Source: Podarcis erhardii (taxonomy: Eukaryota). Taken from it: a stretch of 64,000 bases of DNA. The notes beneath the pieces are model-generated. The model made no database searches and was not told the origin of the DNA. It was given only the letters and a program-made list of their open reading frames with translations. A program made the position numbers and the translations under genes. The stretch's first letter is position 1. Each line of letters opens with the position of its first letter. Below, piece by piece: positions 41,201 through 53,831 of this stretch. The stretch lies in assembly GCA_964252035.1 (NCBI GenBank), contig OZ176204.1. One strand, written 5' to 3'.

Positions 41201-44107
41201 CTGGAACTCAATGTCTCCTCTTTTTATACACTAACATACTTTCTCTTCAACCTTCTGATTAGTGAGGAAACTTTCCCTGAATTAAATCTGAAAGCACACT
41301 GAACTGTAAGTCATTGCTTAGACTGGAAGGAGGCAACCCCACAGAATCAACTCATGCAGAGACACAACAGGCAGCTTTCTCCAAAGACAGGACATTCCAT
41401 TTGAATCACTCCTGGTGAAGAAATGTGTGACCCAACCATACCCAACACAGGGGTGCAACGGAATGGCCCAACCTCAACAGGAGGCTGATTGCAAGGAGGC
41501 AAGGTCGGAAGAATGAATCAATTAAGTAGGCATGGCTTGCAAGATATCAAATGGCGGCTCCATTACCTACTGCACACCATGAACCATACTGCTGGAGATG
41601 ACCTGCTTATACACAAGTACAAACCTGCCTCAAAGTTACTATAGGTCAGAGATTCTGGTTGCCTAAATGTGTTTGTATGTGTGGCTTTTTGCTGTTGCTT
41701 TAGTTGAACAACTGGGAATCCCTTGCAGATTTACCGGAATACACTGTTCAACACAACCTTGAAAATATTAGCTCTGAGGTTATGTGATGGTTTATTTTTT
41801 ATTTAAAAAAACCTGTATTACTTTGTTGTTTGCCACATTAGGATCCCTTGGGAGGGCAGAATAGATATCAAACAACACTGAAAACCATTCACCAATCTGT
41901 CTTCTGCCCCCCACCTGCTGAAGAGGTACAGCAAGCTGCCTGGGAGCCAGCAATTATTTAAATTTCTTGCAACATTCTTCCAATGCCAGCACTGAGCTGG
42001 GGAACGGCTGAAACAGGCCTGCAAAACCCCGCAAAGACTGTCATCAAACCCAAGAAAAAAGATTTATTATTTGTCCTTTGCTCCTGTCGTCTATCTCCAA
42101 GGAACTGAGACTGGCATCCATTTAGGGCCCCGCTTGCAAACACATGTTGCTTAAGAAAACATAAGCTATTTCACTGTAAAGACATGTTCAAAATAATAAT
42201 CCTGGAAGCTTGCTGGTGTCAGAGGAAGTGGGCCTTGAAGAGGTGGAAAAACAGTACAGGCAAAAACACTGAGGATGATGGATTCGATTTAGATGTACGA
42301 GCATCAGCATTTTTGAACATCTCCTGCCTGCTCTAATCATTATAAAACAGCAAAATCAGGGAAAGCTCTCCATAGCTGGGACCAGAACTACCCTATAAAG
42401 CAAAATAGTTCTGCCCCAATAGCTCCTGTTTCAATTGAGAACAACAGAATTTCCAGGAGACTGGCTGCAGTGAGAAGATGAAACCCAGCATAGCACTGTG
42501 GGAATGACATTTAATTTACTTTATACTCCGTAATGTCAATAAAAAGCAAGGGGGAGAAGTGGGGGTGGGCAAGACACCATCTTGAGCAAAGCAACGCAGC
42601 CTGGAAAGGCATTAAGCTGGCAGTTGCAATTCTGGGCTTTGCAGAGTTCAAAAAGCAGATGAAAATTCTGCAGCCAGGCAATGCAAAGCAACAAGATGTC
42701 CCAAGGATGCTCATGGCAGGCATTTCAAAGCAATCAGTTTGCCTCTTCTTACGCTGTGCTACGGTGGCAGAAGGGGAAAGCCTCAAAGCGATTGTCTAAG
42801 ACAGACAGGGGAGGGGGAAATGTTTTCATTATTTCCAGCTGGACAGTGATGCCAGAGAGCAAAGATTAAGAAAGAGTTTCCTGATAAAGCCACCGCTTGC
42901 TATTTCACAGGCATTCATGGCTATAGGAAATGATTGCATTGGACATGACAGGAGATGGGAACAATAAATCAATGTTTGTTGCATGAAGACAAAGAGCCGG
43001 AAATGCAAAAGGTTGCATCCAACCAACTTTTCCTGTTTGTGCTTCTGCAATGGAACTTCTCCTCCCTCCCCTGGGTGTCCTCTTAATCCTCTGGAGCAGA
43101 TTTGCTGCTGGGGTGAGGGGAGAAGAGAGGAGAGGGGAATCAGTTGTGCAAGCCCTTGCACACATGGAACATCTTGGTTGGGTGCAACGCAAACAGGTTT
43201 GCAGCTTTCCATCTGGGGAAGTGATAATATGAGTGTGATGTGAACCCCTTGAGAGGGACTGTTGTGGCCCTGAACGGAAGAATAACATTACTTAATTAAA
43301 TATAAAACAAAAGTTCCACCATGCTCCCTATGTGCTATTTTGCACACCTCTCCCACTTCCCCATACTCCAAGAACCTTTCACAGCATAGGCAAATTCATT
43401 GCCACCCATCCCTCCCTCCCTCCCTCCCTCTCAAACCAATGTCATTGGCCTGAAGCATGAGATGCCGGGATCCAAAGTGCCTTTGAACAGTGCAGCCACC
43501 TGCCCCACCCTGTCCCACTTTCCAATCAGAAAGTTGCAGAAGCATAGGAACTTTCCCTATCTAAACCCAGTCACAACACTGCTCTATCTAACTCGGTGCT
43601 GTTTCCTTTGATTGACAGCAACTCAAGTCTTGTGCAAAGGTATGTTCATGCCCTGCTACCCAAGATTCTTTAACGGAACACTGCAGAATGAACAAGGGGT
43701 GTTCAGTTCTTGTGTTGAGGGCAAGTTTCCAGGAGAAGTATGCTTGGCCACTGTGGCAAACCGGGTGCTGAACCAATTGGACCCTTGGTCTGATCCAGCA
43801 AGGCTCTTAACATGGGACGTTATGCCTACAAAGCATGCAGTTTACCACTAAGCTACAGCTCCTGGGCCAACATTTTCTAACTTGCAAACCTGCTGTGCTC
43901 AACTCCTGCTGCTGCCAATTGCATGTGCTTTTGGACAGCTCCCAGTTTTGATTGTATCCGCACGGGAATGGCTTTTGACAGTAGAAGACTGTTTAGATGC
44001 TTTCGAAAAGTAAAAGATGTCAGTGCAAAACATTAACAAATCTGCGTAGAGACACAGATTTCTCTTTTTAAAGAAGATAATATTTAAGTTTATTCAATAA
44101 ACGAGTA

Positions 44108-44355
44108 CAGTGGTACCTCAGGTTACATACGCTGCAGGTTACATACGCTTCAGGTTACAGACTCTGCTAACTCAGAAATAGTATCTCGGGTTAAGAACTT
44201 TGCTTCAGGATGAGAACAGAAATCGTGCTCTGGCGGTGCAACGGCAGCAGGAGGCCCCATTAGCTAAAGTGATGCTTCAGGTTAAGAACAGTTTCAGGTT
44301 AAGAACGGACCTCCGGAACGAATTACCGGTAAGTACTTAACCCGAGATACCATTG
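44108..44355. mobile_element. Tc1/mariner (pogo/Tigger-like) MITE
   Basis: TIRs cagtggtacctcaggtta / taacccgagataccattg, flanked by TA on both sides (44106-44107, 44356-44357). Internal (caggttacatacgct) repeats. Confidence 0.9.
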
Positions 44356-47300
44356 TAATTATTTAAAATTTAATTTTAATTTTAATAACATTTTAATAAA
44401 ATAAAAATAAAAATAGTTATTTAACATCCATTTTGCTTCAACCATGTGCAATTTACCATACAGAACACAAAGAAGCTAGTGCCATATAGAACATCTACAA
44501 GGTGTAAAAACAGAACCATGAGCTGAATGAGAAGCAGTGGGGACAAGATAAGAGAGGTAACTGGTAGCAAAGGTGGTGAAGTTGGGTGGAGATCCAGTGA
44601 AGGGTTTGCTCAAAAAGAAAATAAAAAAGTTTTGAAGAGGGCAAGGGAAATAACTTGTCATAAATCCTTGGGCTACCTCCAACATTTCCATCTCTTTTCC
44701 TAACTCCTAAAGACCCCTTTAAAAACAATAATGGGCAGTAATAGGGTTAGAAAGTATGTCTCCTGAAGATAGCAAGATCTTCATGGATGCCAGGTGTTTG
44801 AGGGATATTTCTGACCTGCTACTGACCTTGCAAATATGCTGCAGTCTGGAACGGAATGATAGAATTAATAGCAGCCTCTGGCAGTTTCCAACACCTTAAT
44901 GAGCAATTAAAAAGGTTATGTAAAGAAGCACTGCACCTTTAGCTTTCAAGTCATGCATGAAAGTAACTTAGTCTGCAAGAAGTAATCCGGGGCTACCCCC
45001 CTTTTTTTTATCTGCAGGCTTCTTCTCCTGCAACCCTGGTTAGAGAAGGAGGGCAAGAAGTTTCTGGGAATGGGAAGTAGCAGTAAGTGAAGATTATAAA
45101 GAAAGATGGGACAGAAAACAGAGTACTTCTGAAACTGCAATTCATAAACTTAGCAGCACATATGAGACCATCAGAAACAAGATCTAGAAGTGATTCATGA
45201 CTTAACCTTACTTTCTATTACTGCTACACAGGAATAAGTGACCAGAAGCCTTATAAGTATTCCTTCAGCTGCCCAATTGGATATAAGAGAAGTTTGTTAA
45301 GGGAATTGTGGCTGTGGCAACTGTTGGTTTTGGAGACGGGTTTAAGCTGTGATCATCCAAATTGAACAAATGTATCTCTGCTTATTAAGCCAATATATGA
45401 AAGGGTATTTTGCTCAAATACACAGCTCCTTCATTCCTCCTTCAGTGGCACAAGCAATCAAACCAGGAAGGCTCTAATCAACCATAGTTTCCTGTGTTCT
45501 CCAAACCAGGAAGAAGACCAGTTTCTGACCAGGCAAGGATACTAAACCAATTTATAACTGTGGATTAATATGCTGCCTTTTTCTGAAGCTGGTAACCATA
45601 GTTTTCTGGTTCAGGGAAAACTATGACTTGCCAGCTTAACTGCTTGTGCTACAAAAGGAGTGAAAGGGCTATGTACATGAGCAAAAGACTCTTTCATATA
45701 TCAACTTAATAAGCATAGAATCAGGCCAATGTATCTTAATTCTTTCTCCCCACTACACATTATTCATTGCCAAAAAATATGCCAATATACACCAAATTGA
45801 TGGTTTTAAGAAATGCATCTACAGAAGGAAAATGTCACATGGGAACAGACTGCATCTATGTTTCTTAGAATGTATGTGTTTGGTAAAACCAGAGAGGATG
45901 CTCAGAACACCTGTCTGCTGTGATCTACTGTGAAATGACCATTGAAAATGGAAATTGGCTACTTAGCTCTACTTGTCTACATAAATTTCTGCTTTGTTAA
46001 CCTACAGAACAACTGTAAAATGCAACATGGTCATTATTATTTAAATTTGTATCCTTCCTTTCATCCTAAGATCCCAGGGCCGTTCACAACAGAAATATTC
46101 ACAACTGCCTGGCAGTTCAAGTGATCAATGAAAGTTGTTGGTTCTAAATGAATCCACTTGGACAGCCAGCCTAAACCCACCTTTGGGTTTAGACCTTCCC
46201 ATTTTGCAGAGCAGAAAGATCTATGATGGCTCAACAAAAAAACAGAAAAGAATCAATGAATCTGCATGCATCATATCATTGCAGGTACATTCCTCCGTTA
46301 TCTTTTCTTTCAGTTGCAAACACTAAGCTCTTTTGCGAGGATAGAAATTGAATGAATAAAAAAATAAAAATGGCATAATAATAATTTTCTCATCCAAGGT
46401 CAGTTTTCTAACATATTCACTGAATTGTTATTCACTGAAACAAAGCCACACACACATTAAATACTGTTTATGTGTATAGTAACTTGAGATTTATTGTGGC
46501 TTTCATTGCAACACTTGGGCCATTTCACTATTCTCTCATTTCTCTTGCGATGGGGACACAGTCAAGATTTATACGCTTTAATTATTGATGCATCCGGGCA
46601 TCTCATGCAACAACAAGTTTAACTTTCCAGGCTCAAAGCTTGCATAGTTCAATTATGATTAGCTCAAACATCAATCCATACTAATTGATAATGACACATA
46701 AACAGAGGGCAGCTCCAGTTTCATGCAGCCCAAGACTTCCTAGAATGAAATAAAACATAAATTCACCTGGCAGAGAGAGATAAAGACTTTGGTCAACAGG
46801 TGTGCCTGTATTTATATCTACGGGGAGAATGCAAACAAACCAATGCAGCTTTAAAGCCAATCTAAATCACTTAGAGGAGACCGAATTAGTTGACACAAAC
46901 ACTTTTAAATGGACTGGGCTTAGTTAGCAATCTGCTTGCCTGCAGTGAGGACCGACACATCCTATGTAACCAAATGACATTCTGACATACTGACCTAAAG
47001 TTCGAGGAATGCTAAGTTTCAGTTTCCTGGTCTGCATCTTGGTTATCAGAAAGTTGCATTAGCTAGATTGTTGTTATGCTTTACTCAGACTTTATACCAT
47101 GTTTGAGATTTGGAAAACCTGTACCTTCTCTTAAAAAAACTTCCCTCAAACCCATCCCTTCTTGACTTGCTTGGTTGGGTTTACAATTTTAAAAGCCTTG
47201 TGCCCAAAATATGGATGGGGGGCTCTTAAAATGAAGAGAAAGATACATTGAGGGTGACTGGATTATCCATATTTCTTACACAGGCCGTTACTCACACATT

Positions 47301-48625
47301 CTCCTCCTCGTCCCCAGTTGTGGCCTCTTTGAGAGACTCCTGACACCATTCCAGCCACAATTGGGGTTTTTTTAAATTTCTCCACGAGAAGCAAAACCTG
47401 AACACAGGGCTCCAATGAAAACCCACTAAGGACAGTATAATTACTGCATCAAACAATTTGGATAACTTCTGGTAGCATACAGATACAATGTATGGCAATA
47501 TAATCTTTACACATCATCTAGAGCTGAGCTAGTATATACTTGATTACATTTCTCGAAGAAGCAGGATTAATTTCAGACAATTATGAGCTAAGTTGTTCAT
47601 AAAAACACATTCTAATTAACAAATGTAGTACTAAATCACAACGATCATATATAGCTCGAAATCTGATTAGCATATGCTTCTTTGGCTCTGTGAGACTTAT
47701 GTGAATATTGATTTAGACATAAACCAGACACCACAGATAATATAGATTTCTGTAAAAATCTGCTCAGCCACGTTCAACTTGACACATCCCTTTCTGCATA
47801 ACACCGAGCAAAAGAAATCCATGCAGCTTTTGAGCTCACAAGCAAAAAAAGAACTATTGCCAGACATCACTGAGATTGGGGGTCAGATGGGGCAACTAAA
47901 AAAACCCCAAGACAAACCAGAACAAGACCTCATTAATGCAAATACAATATTCATATCTTATGATGCAAGTCCACCCTACTTTGTCCGAATTCATCCCATG
48001 CCACCCCCACCCCCCAAATCTACTACTCAAACTATAGGCATTTCCAACACTTGGCCCATAACAGAATGGGTGGAGGGAAAAAGAGGAAATATATGAAAGA
48101 TATGCAAAAGCTAACTTGGTCAGGTATTTAAAAATGAAACAGATAGCGGGGAATGCTAGGAATGCACCTGTCACTGATGTCACGAACGCTAGCCAATAGG
48201 TGCTGACTGGCTAGATCCAATCCCCCACCCAACTCTGCTCTACAGCCTGTTTAGAAGGTGCTGTCCAGAAAGAGACTTTGAGTACAACATAATACAACAT
48301 ATTGTTGTAATACATGCAAAATAAGCACATGCAACAAATTGCCCCATTCCATCTAAGCACTTATGTCACTATGTCATAATACAGAGAAGGAGGTGGGCTT
48401 ATTAATCCATTAAACTGATGGCTGTAACGAAAGTAAGCTCTGTGTATGTGGGGAGTGGGAGAGTTATTGTTCACAGATTGTGTTTCAAGTTGAAGCCAAA
48501 GCTCAGAGCTAGTCTGACCAATGCAAAGCTTTGGCCATGGGACATGTGCAGTAATAATAATGTCTGTGCATGTGCACAATATCCCTCCTTAGTGAATAAA
48601 TCAGTCAGCTACACACATTGTTTTT

Positions 48626-48720
48626 AAATTTATATCCCGCCCATCAGGCTGGGTTTCCCCAGCCACCCTGGGTCGCTTACAACATATATAAAAGAGCAAC
48701 AAAACATCAAACATAAAAAA
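48626..48720 (-). mobile_element. L2-family 3' tail, inverted orientation
   Basis: The reverse complement of 48628-48684 matches 50147-50203 at 52/57 positions (counted by hand). Confidence 0.88.
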
Positions 48721-49437
48721 ACAAAATATCCTATACTAGCAACAAATAAACCAATAGAAATCAATAATAACTAAAATGACAACAACAATAATAAACAGTT
48801 TAGAGTTATACCCAAATTAAAATAGCTGCCAACTCCAACTAAACATTTAACCAACACCAACCTGACAAAAACAAAATAGAGGAACCAAAATGAGAACCAT
48901 TTAAAACATTTTAGCCAGTTGCTGCAAACCAAGAGTTGTTCCAGCAATGTCCCAGTGGCCTCCCAGGAGCCTCTTTTAGCTGTTCAGGGTGAGTCTGGGC
49001 TCCATCCCCTAAGCCAGGTGGAAATGGGCCTTGCAGCAGGGAGCGGTCTTCCTTCCAGCACTCATGGCAAGAGCAATGTCCCACAGGTGGGACTGAGGTT
49101 TCCTGATTATAGGGCATGAGTAAACAGGGCTGGTGCCAGTAGCTTACCTAGTGGTAACCACAGTTTCAGAGTCTTGAAGCCACCATTTTTGTTTCTCCAC
49201 ATAGCCCCTGACGTAGCATCACTCTAGGGAATTATGGGAAATGTAAATGGCAACTCCAGGATTCTGTCACTTTTTGAAAAGGGGGCACCATTGATGTGCT
49301 CTGCTGGGGTACTGGGGACATTGCAGCTGCCTGAAGACGACGTGTGTTGACACTGGCCAGCAACTAAAGAACTATAGCTTCTTTTCCAAAGCAGTATAGT
49401 AAGTGAACAGAATTATGTGTGCGGATCAGACACTAAC

Positions 49438-49635
49438 CTCAAGCTTCAGAATGTCATGCTGAAGTTTGCGCTGGAAGTCCAAGAAGTGAGAGATGGTCAG
49501 TTTCCCCTTCAAATCAGCCCCAAAGAAGTAGGTGGTCAATGCAGAGTTGAAGCCCGTCTTCAAGGTGTTCCCTGTAGTTGAGCGGTCTCTATGACGCATG
49601 CCCATGCTAGTTTGGGAGCGAATGATGCTCTGAAC
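49438..49635 (-). CDS. MICU1: MICU1 internal coding exon (198 nt, phase 0-0): [66 protein letters not shown]
   Basis: Manual translation of the reverse complement; near-identical to recalled human MICU1 ([47 protein letters not shown]). Acceptor ccccttag|GTT, donor GAG|gttagt. Not in the supplied ORF track. Confidence 0.97.
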
Positions 49636-49820
49636 CTAAGGGGTTTCCAAAGTTAAACACACAGCTATAACAAGGCAGGCTGCATCACATATCCCTAAAA
49701 CCTAGGTCCTCCACAGATACACACCTTTGAACTGAATACAACAATATGTATTCATTATTAAACACATGGTAGGTTTCAAACCCAGAAGTTTTCAGAAGTA
49801 TGGAGTATCCCCCATTATGT

Positions 49821-50243
49821 TTCCGAGCACAATTCAAAGTGTTGGTGCTGACCTTTAAAGCCCTAAACGGCCTCGGCCCAGTATACCTGAAAGGGCGTCT
49901 CCACCCCCATCGTTCTGCCCGGACACTAAGGTCCAGTGCTGCAGGCCTTCTGGAGGTTCCCTCGCTGCAAGAAGCCAAATTATAGGGAACCAGGCAGAGG
50001 GCCTTCTCGCTAGTGGCACCTGCCCTGTGGAACGCCCTCCCACCAGATATCAACAAGAACAACTACCAGACTTTTAGAAGACATCTGAAGGCAGCCCTGT
50101 TTGGGGAAGCTTTTAATGTTTAACAGACAACTGTATTTAAATATTTTGTTGGAAGCCACCCAGAGTGGCTGGGGAAACCCAGCCAGATGGGCGGGGTATA
50201 AATAATAAATCATCATCATCATCATCATCAACAACAACAACAA
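49821..50243 (+). mobile_element. L2-clade LINE 3' end with microsatellite tail
   Basis: Encodes RAQFKVLVLTFKALNGLGPVYLKGRLHP (L2 ORF2 C-terminus), then gccctgtggaacgccctccc and the tail ggaagccacccagagtggctggggaaacccagccagatgggcggggtataaat, followed by (CAT)n(CAA)n. Confidence 0.88.
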
Positions 50244-51837
50244 TTTGAAAGCATTGTTATTTTCCCTGTGAGTGAGATGGGGGACATACTTTTTACTATG
50301 CCTTCATTAAAATTTGGAAGGGTTAGTAAGGGCCAGATGGCCACCCGCTGCTCCAATGCTGGAGGGCTGAAAATTTATCCCAGGAACCCCACCTGTCCAG
50401 AGTTAAAGATGACAAAGTAAAAATAGCTCAACACTCAAAGCTGTCCGCTGTGTGACCTGAGCAGATTTCAGAAGGACAAAAAAAGGACGGAAATGCACAA
50501 GATCACACCAGTGTGCAATATGCCTTCATGAGGAAGGGCCATGGAGAACCTAAAACCTTGTTAAAACACACACACACAAAATGAAGCATGTCCCTTTGGC
50601 TCAGAGCAGTGGTTAACACATAGTGGGCTCAAGGACTATTCAAGGCATATAGAAAACCTGGACAGGCAAACTGGAGTTTGAAAAGGAAGGGTTCCTTTCT
50701 CCCATATCAAGTGTGTGCAGCTTCCTTAAGAGCTCTCTTATAAGGAAATCAGAGCATATAGGGATATAAAATCACACACGGAAGCAATGGCTAAGAGAGT
50801 GCATAGAATTCTACGACTGTCAGCAACACACAGGCAGGGAAATGATCAAGCAAATGCTTAAAATTATTCTTCTCCTCGGATTGCAGATTTCAAAACAGAT
50901 AATAGGTCCAAGCAGACATTAATTGCCAGTTCACTGTCAATCATCAGATTACTGTCAGACAACCAAAAAGCTAGAGTCAAATCCTGGCATCTGGAAAACT
51001 GTAGACTCTTTTGACACCAGCAGCAATAATGTTCAGTCCTCAGGATTAGGAAATGCAGCCTGACAAAAGCAAGCCTCTATGCCTTCACATATGCAGTGAC
51101 TGGTTATTCGGCATTTCAGATGTAGAGAAAAGGGGGATAAGCAGGTGGGCTGAAAAGCAACCAAAGTAATCAACACAAAGACATAGCAGAGATAAGGCAG
51201 CAGAGTTCTGGTAGCATTCCTGGCCAGGTTTATTAAGGGATTCAATGGTGAATTATTTTTGTGATGTGTTGCACTCTTTATTCTGTGACACACAAATGCT
51301 ACCTACCCTGTAGCAAACAGGAAAGGCTACAACTCTAAGATAGAAACATATCTGCTGCTGCACTGACTGCTGTCTCGGTGCACCAGGGAGAAGACAACTT
51401 TCCATACCGATCAGAGGTCCATCAATTTTTAAATGCTCAAATGCCATAGAGATCATAGGTAGCTGCAGTGTGCCACATTTTCCCCGTGAGGCAGGAGAGA
51501 TGATGCACCTCTGAAGGGCATATTGTTACAGCTAATGTCACTAAATCATCTGAGTAGGAGGACTGGGATAATGTGCAGAAGATGGGGCCAATAAAAGCAC
51601 AGGCCTGCCTCCTGGTTTTCAGACACAAGCTGCCTTATTTGCATTTTTCATCTCTTTTTTAAAAAAATCACCTCTAGAAGGGACAGGTGAACTTCTCCCC
51701 ACTCAAGGGCAGAAATTAAGAGTGAATTAAACACACGCACACATACACACCATACTGACATCATCAACAAGATGAGCCCCATCTACTACTGTACAGCTGT
51801 GAAACAGCTGTGATTTGAGAATGGAGGAAGTCTTGTT

Positions 51838-52037
51838 NNNNNNNNNNNNNNNNNNNNNNNNNNNNNNNNNNNNNNNNNNNNNNNNNNNNNNNNNNNNNNN
51901 NNNNNNNNNNNNNNNNNNNNNNNNNNNNNNNNNNNNNNNNNNNNNNNNNNNNNNNNNNNNNNNNNNNNNNNNNNNNNNNNNNNNNNNNNNNNNNNNNNNN
52001 NNNNNNNNNNNNNNNNNNNNNNNNNNNNNNNNNNNNN
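51838..52037. other. Assembly gap (exactly 200 N)
   Basis: Seen directly. The round length suggests a scaffolding placeholder of unknown true size. Confidence 0.99.
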
Positions 52038-53515
52038 CTCTTCTGAGGCAACGGTCTCCTGCGATGACATCTAGCGGACTCAGGGGACAGCCCATGATAT
52101 CGTGTGCTGTCTTCACCACCCTCTGTAGGGACTTTCTGTCCATGGTTTGTCAAACCAGCGTACCACACCGTAGTACAGTATGAGAGAAATCATCAAGTGC
52201 TGTCTAACATTGTTCTTTTGCAAGACCCTAAGGAAATGAAGTCTCTGTTGGGCCTTCCTAACCACCTGGGCTGTACTGACCTTCCAAATAAGGTCTTCAC
52301 TAAGATGGACTCCCAGGAATTTAAAGGAAGAGACTCTCTCCACACAGCCCTCCCCAATATACAATAGGGCTAGCTCCCCTCTCTTCCTCCGAAAGTCAAC
52401 ACTATCTCCTTTGTCTCGCCAATGTTTAGGTGCAGATTGTTCTCTGAACACCATGTGGATACCTTTTGAACCTCCCCCCTGTACACAGATTTGTCTGCCT
52501 GTAATTAAACCTATTATGGTGGTGTCATCAGCAAACTTAATAATTGCAGTAGATGGGTCAGATGAAATGCAATCATATGTATACACGAATACAGGTATGG
52601 ACTTAGAATGCATCTCTGTGAAGTGCCAGTGCTGAGCTTCAGGGAGGTAGATGTAACAGCCCAATCCTCACTATTTGTGTCCGATCTCTCAGCAAGTCTT
52701 TAATCCAATCACAGATGTTAGAAGAAAGGTCCAGGTCCCTTAACTTTCCGATGACAATGTCTGGAAGGATGGTATTGAAAGCCGAGCTATAATCAATAAA
52801 CCAGCATTCTGACATAATTCCCTGGTCTTTCCAGATGACTTGCTCCGGTGGAAAACATGTTCTAAGATGTTGAAAGACCAATCTCTCGAAGCATTTCATC
52901 ACTACAGATGTTAATGCAATGGGTCTATAGTCATTTAGGCAGTGAACTGCTGTTTTCTTTGGGACTGGGATAATGGTGGTCGCTTTCAAACATGATGGAG
53001 CACAAGCGGTTTGCAGAGAGATGTTAAAAATTCTCGTCAAAACCCCTGCTAATTGATCGGTGCAATTTTTTACCACTATTTCCAGCACCCCATCTGGGCC
53101 ATCAGCTTTGCTGGGATTCACCAGCCGCAATGTAGCTTTCACTTGATGGTCATATAAAACAAGTGGCTGTGAGTTTGTAGGCTGGCAGACAGGAGCCGAG
53201 ATATCTGCTCTTTTTGCCTCATAGTGGGCGAAGTAGAGGTTCAGCTCCTCTGCCAACATATCATTGGCCGTGACCATGTTCATCATATTGCCTTTATAGT
53301 TGGTTAGGTGCTGCGATCCTTGCCACACTTGTTTTGTATTGTTCTCAGCTAAGCTAAGCTAAGTTCTCAACCTTGAGCTTATATTGTTGCTTTGCCGCCT
53401 TGATGCCTTTCCTAAGCTTTATTCTTGCCTCTCTATATGTCTTCATGCTCCCTGCCTTAAAGGCTTTCAAGAGTGACCTAACTTCAGCAGTCATCCTGGG
53501 TTTGCTGTTCCCATC
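52038..53515 (-). mobile_element. Degenerate Rex1/Babar-clade non-LTR retrotransposon, ORF2/reverse transcriptase fragment
   Basis: Consecutive frameshifted segments: KPRMTAEVRSLLKA; NPSKADGPDGV; TTIIPVPKKTAVHCLNDYRPIALTSVVMKCFERLV; FIDYSSAFNTI; IIKFADDTTIIGLI; VERVSSFKFLGVHLSEDL; KAQQRLHFLR; LQRVVKTA..CLRR. These are characteristic Rex1/Babar motifs. It has internal deletions, and the PQG motif has decayed to SQR. Confidence 0.9.
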
Positions 53516-53794
53516 TAAGTACTGAAAGTCAAGTCCTACTGAGTACACTGGGACTTACCCACAGCTAAGTACTGTAACTTACGACACCACTGACAAGTGA
53601 CAAATGAGATGCAGCACAGAATAGGTCACCTCCTTCCACTCACATCTTTAGTGTACCAACAAAAAACCCTGCAAGTTTTGTACATACAAGAACAGAAAAG
53701 CCCTTTCTCAAGTTTATATATCTATGCAACACTCCAAAGGAGGAAAGTATGGGGAATTCCCTGAAGTGACAAGTCCATTATAGAAGGCTGCTAC

Positions 53795-53831
53795 ATTATT
53801 ATTATTATTATTATTATTAGTAGTAGTAGTA
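53795..53831. repeat. Compound (ATT)n(AGT)n microsatellite
   Basis: Seen directly. Confidence 0.95.

Noticed and set aside
51727-52183. ORFs containing runs of X
   Set aside because: Artefacts of translating through the N gap; only the Rex1 portion is meaningful.
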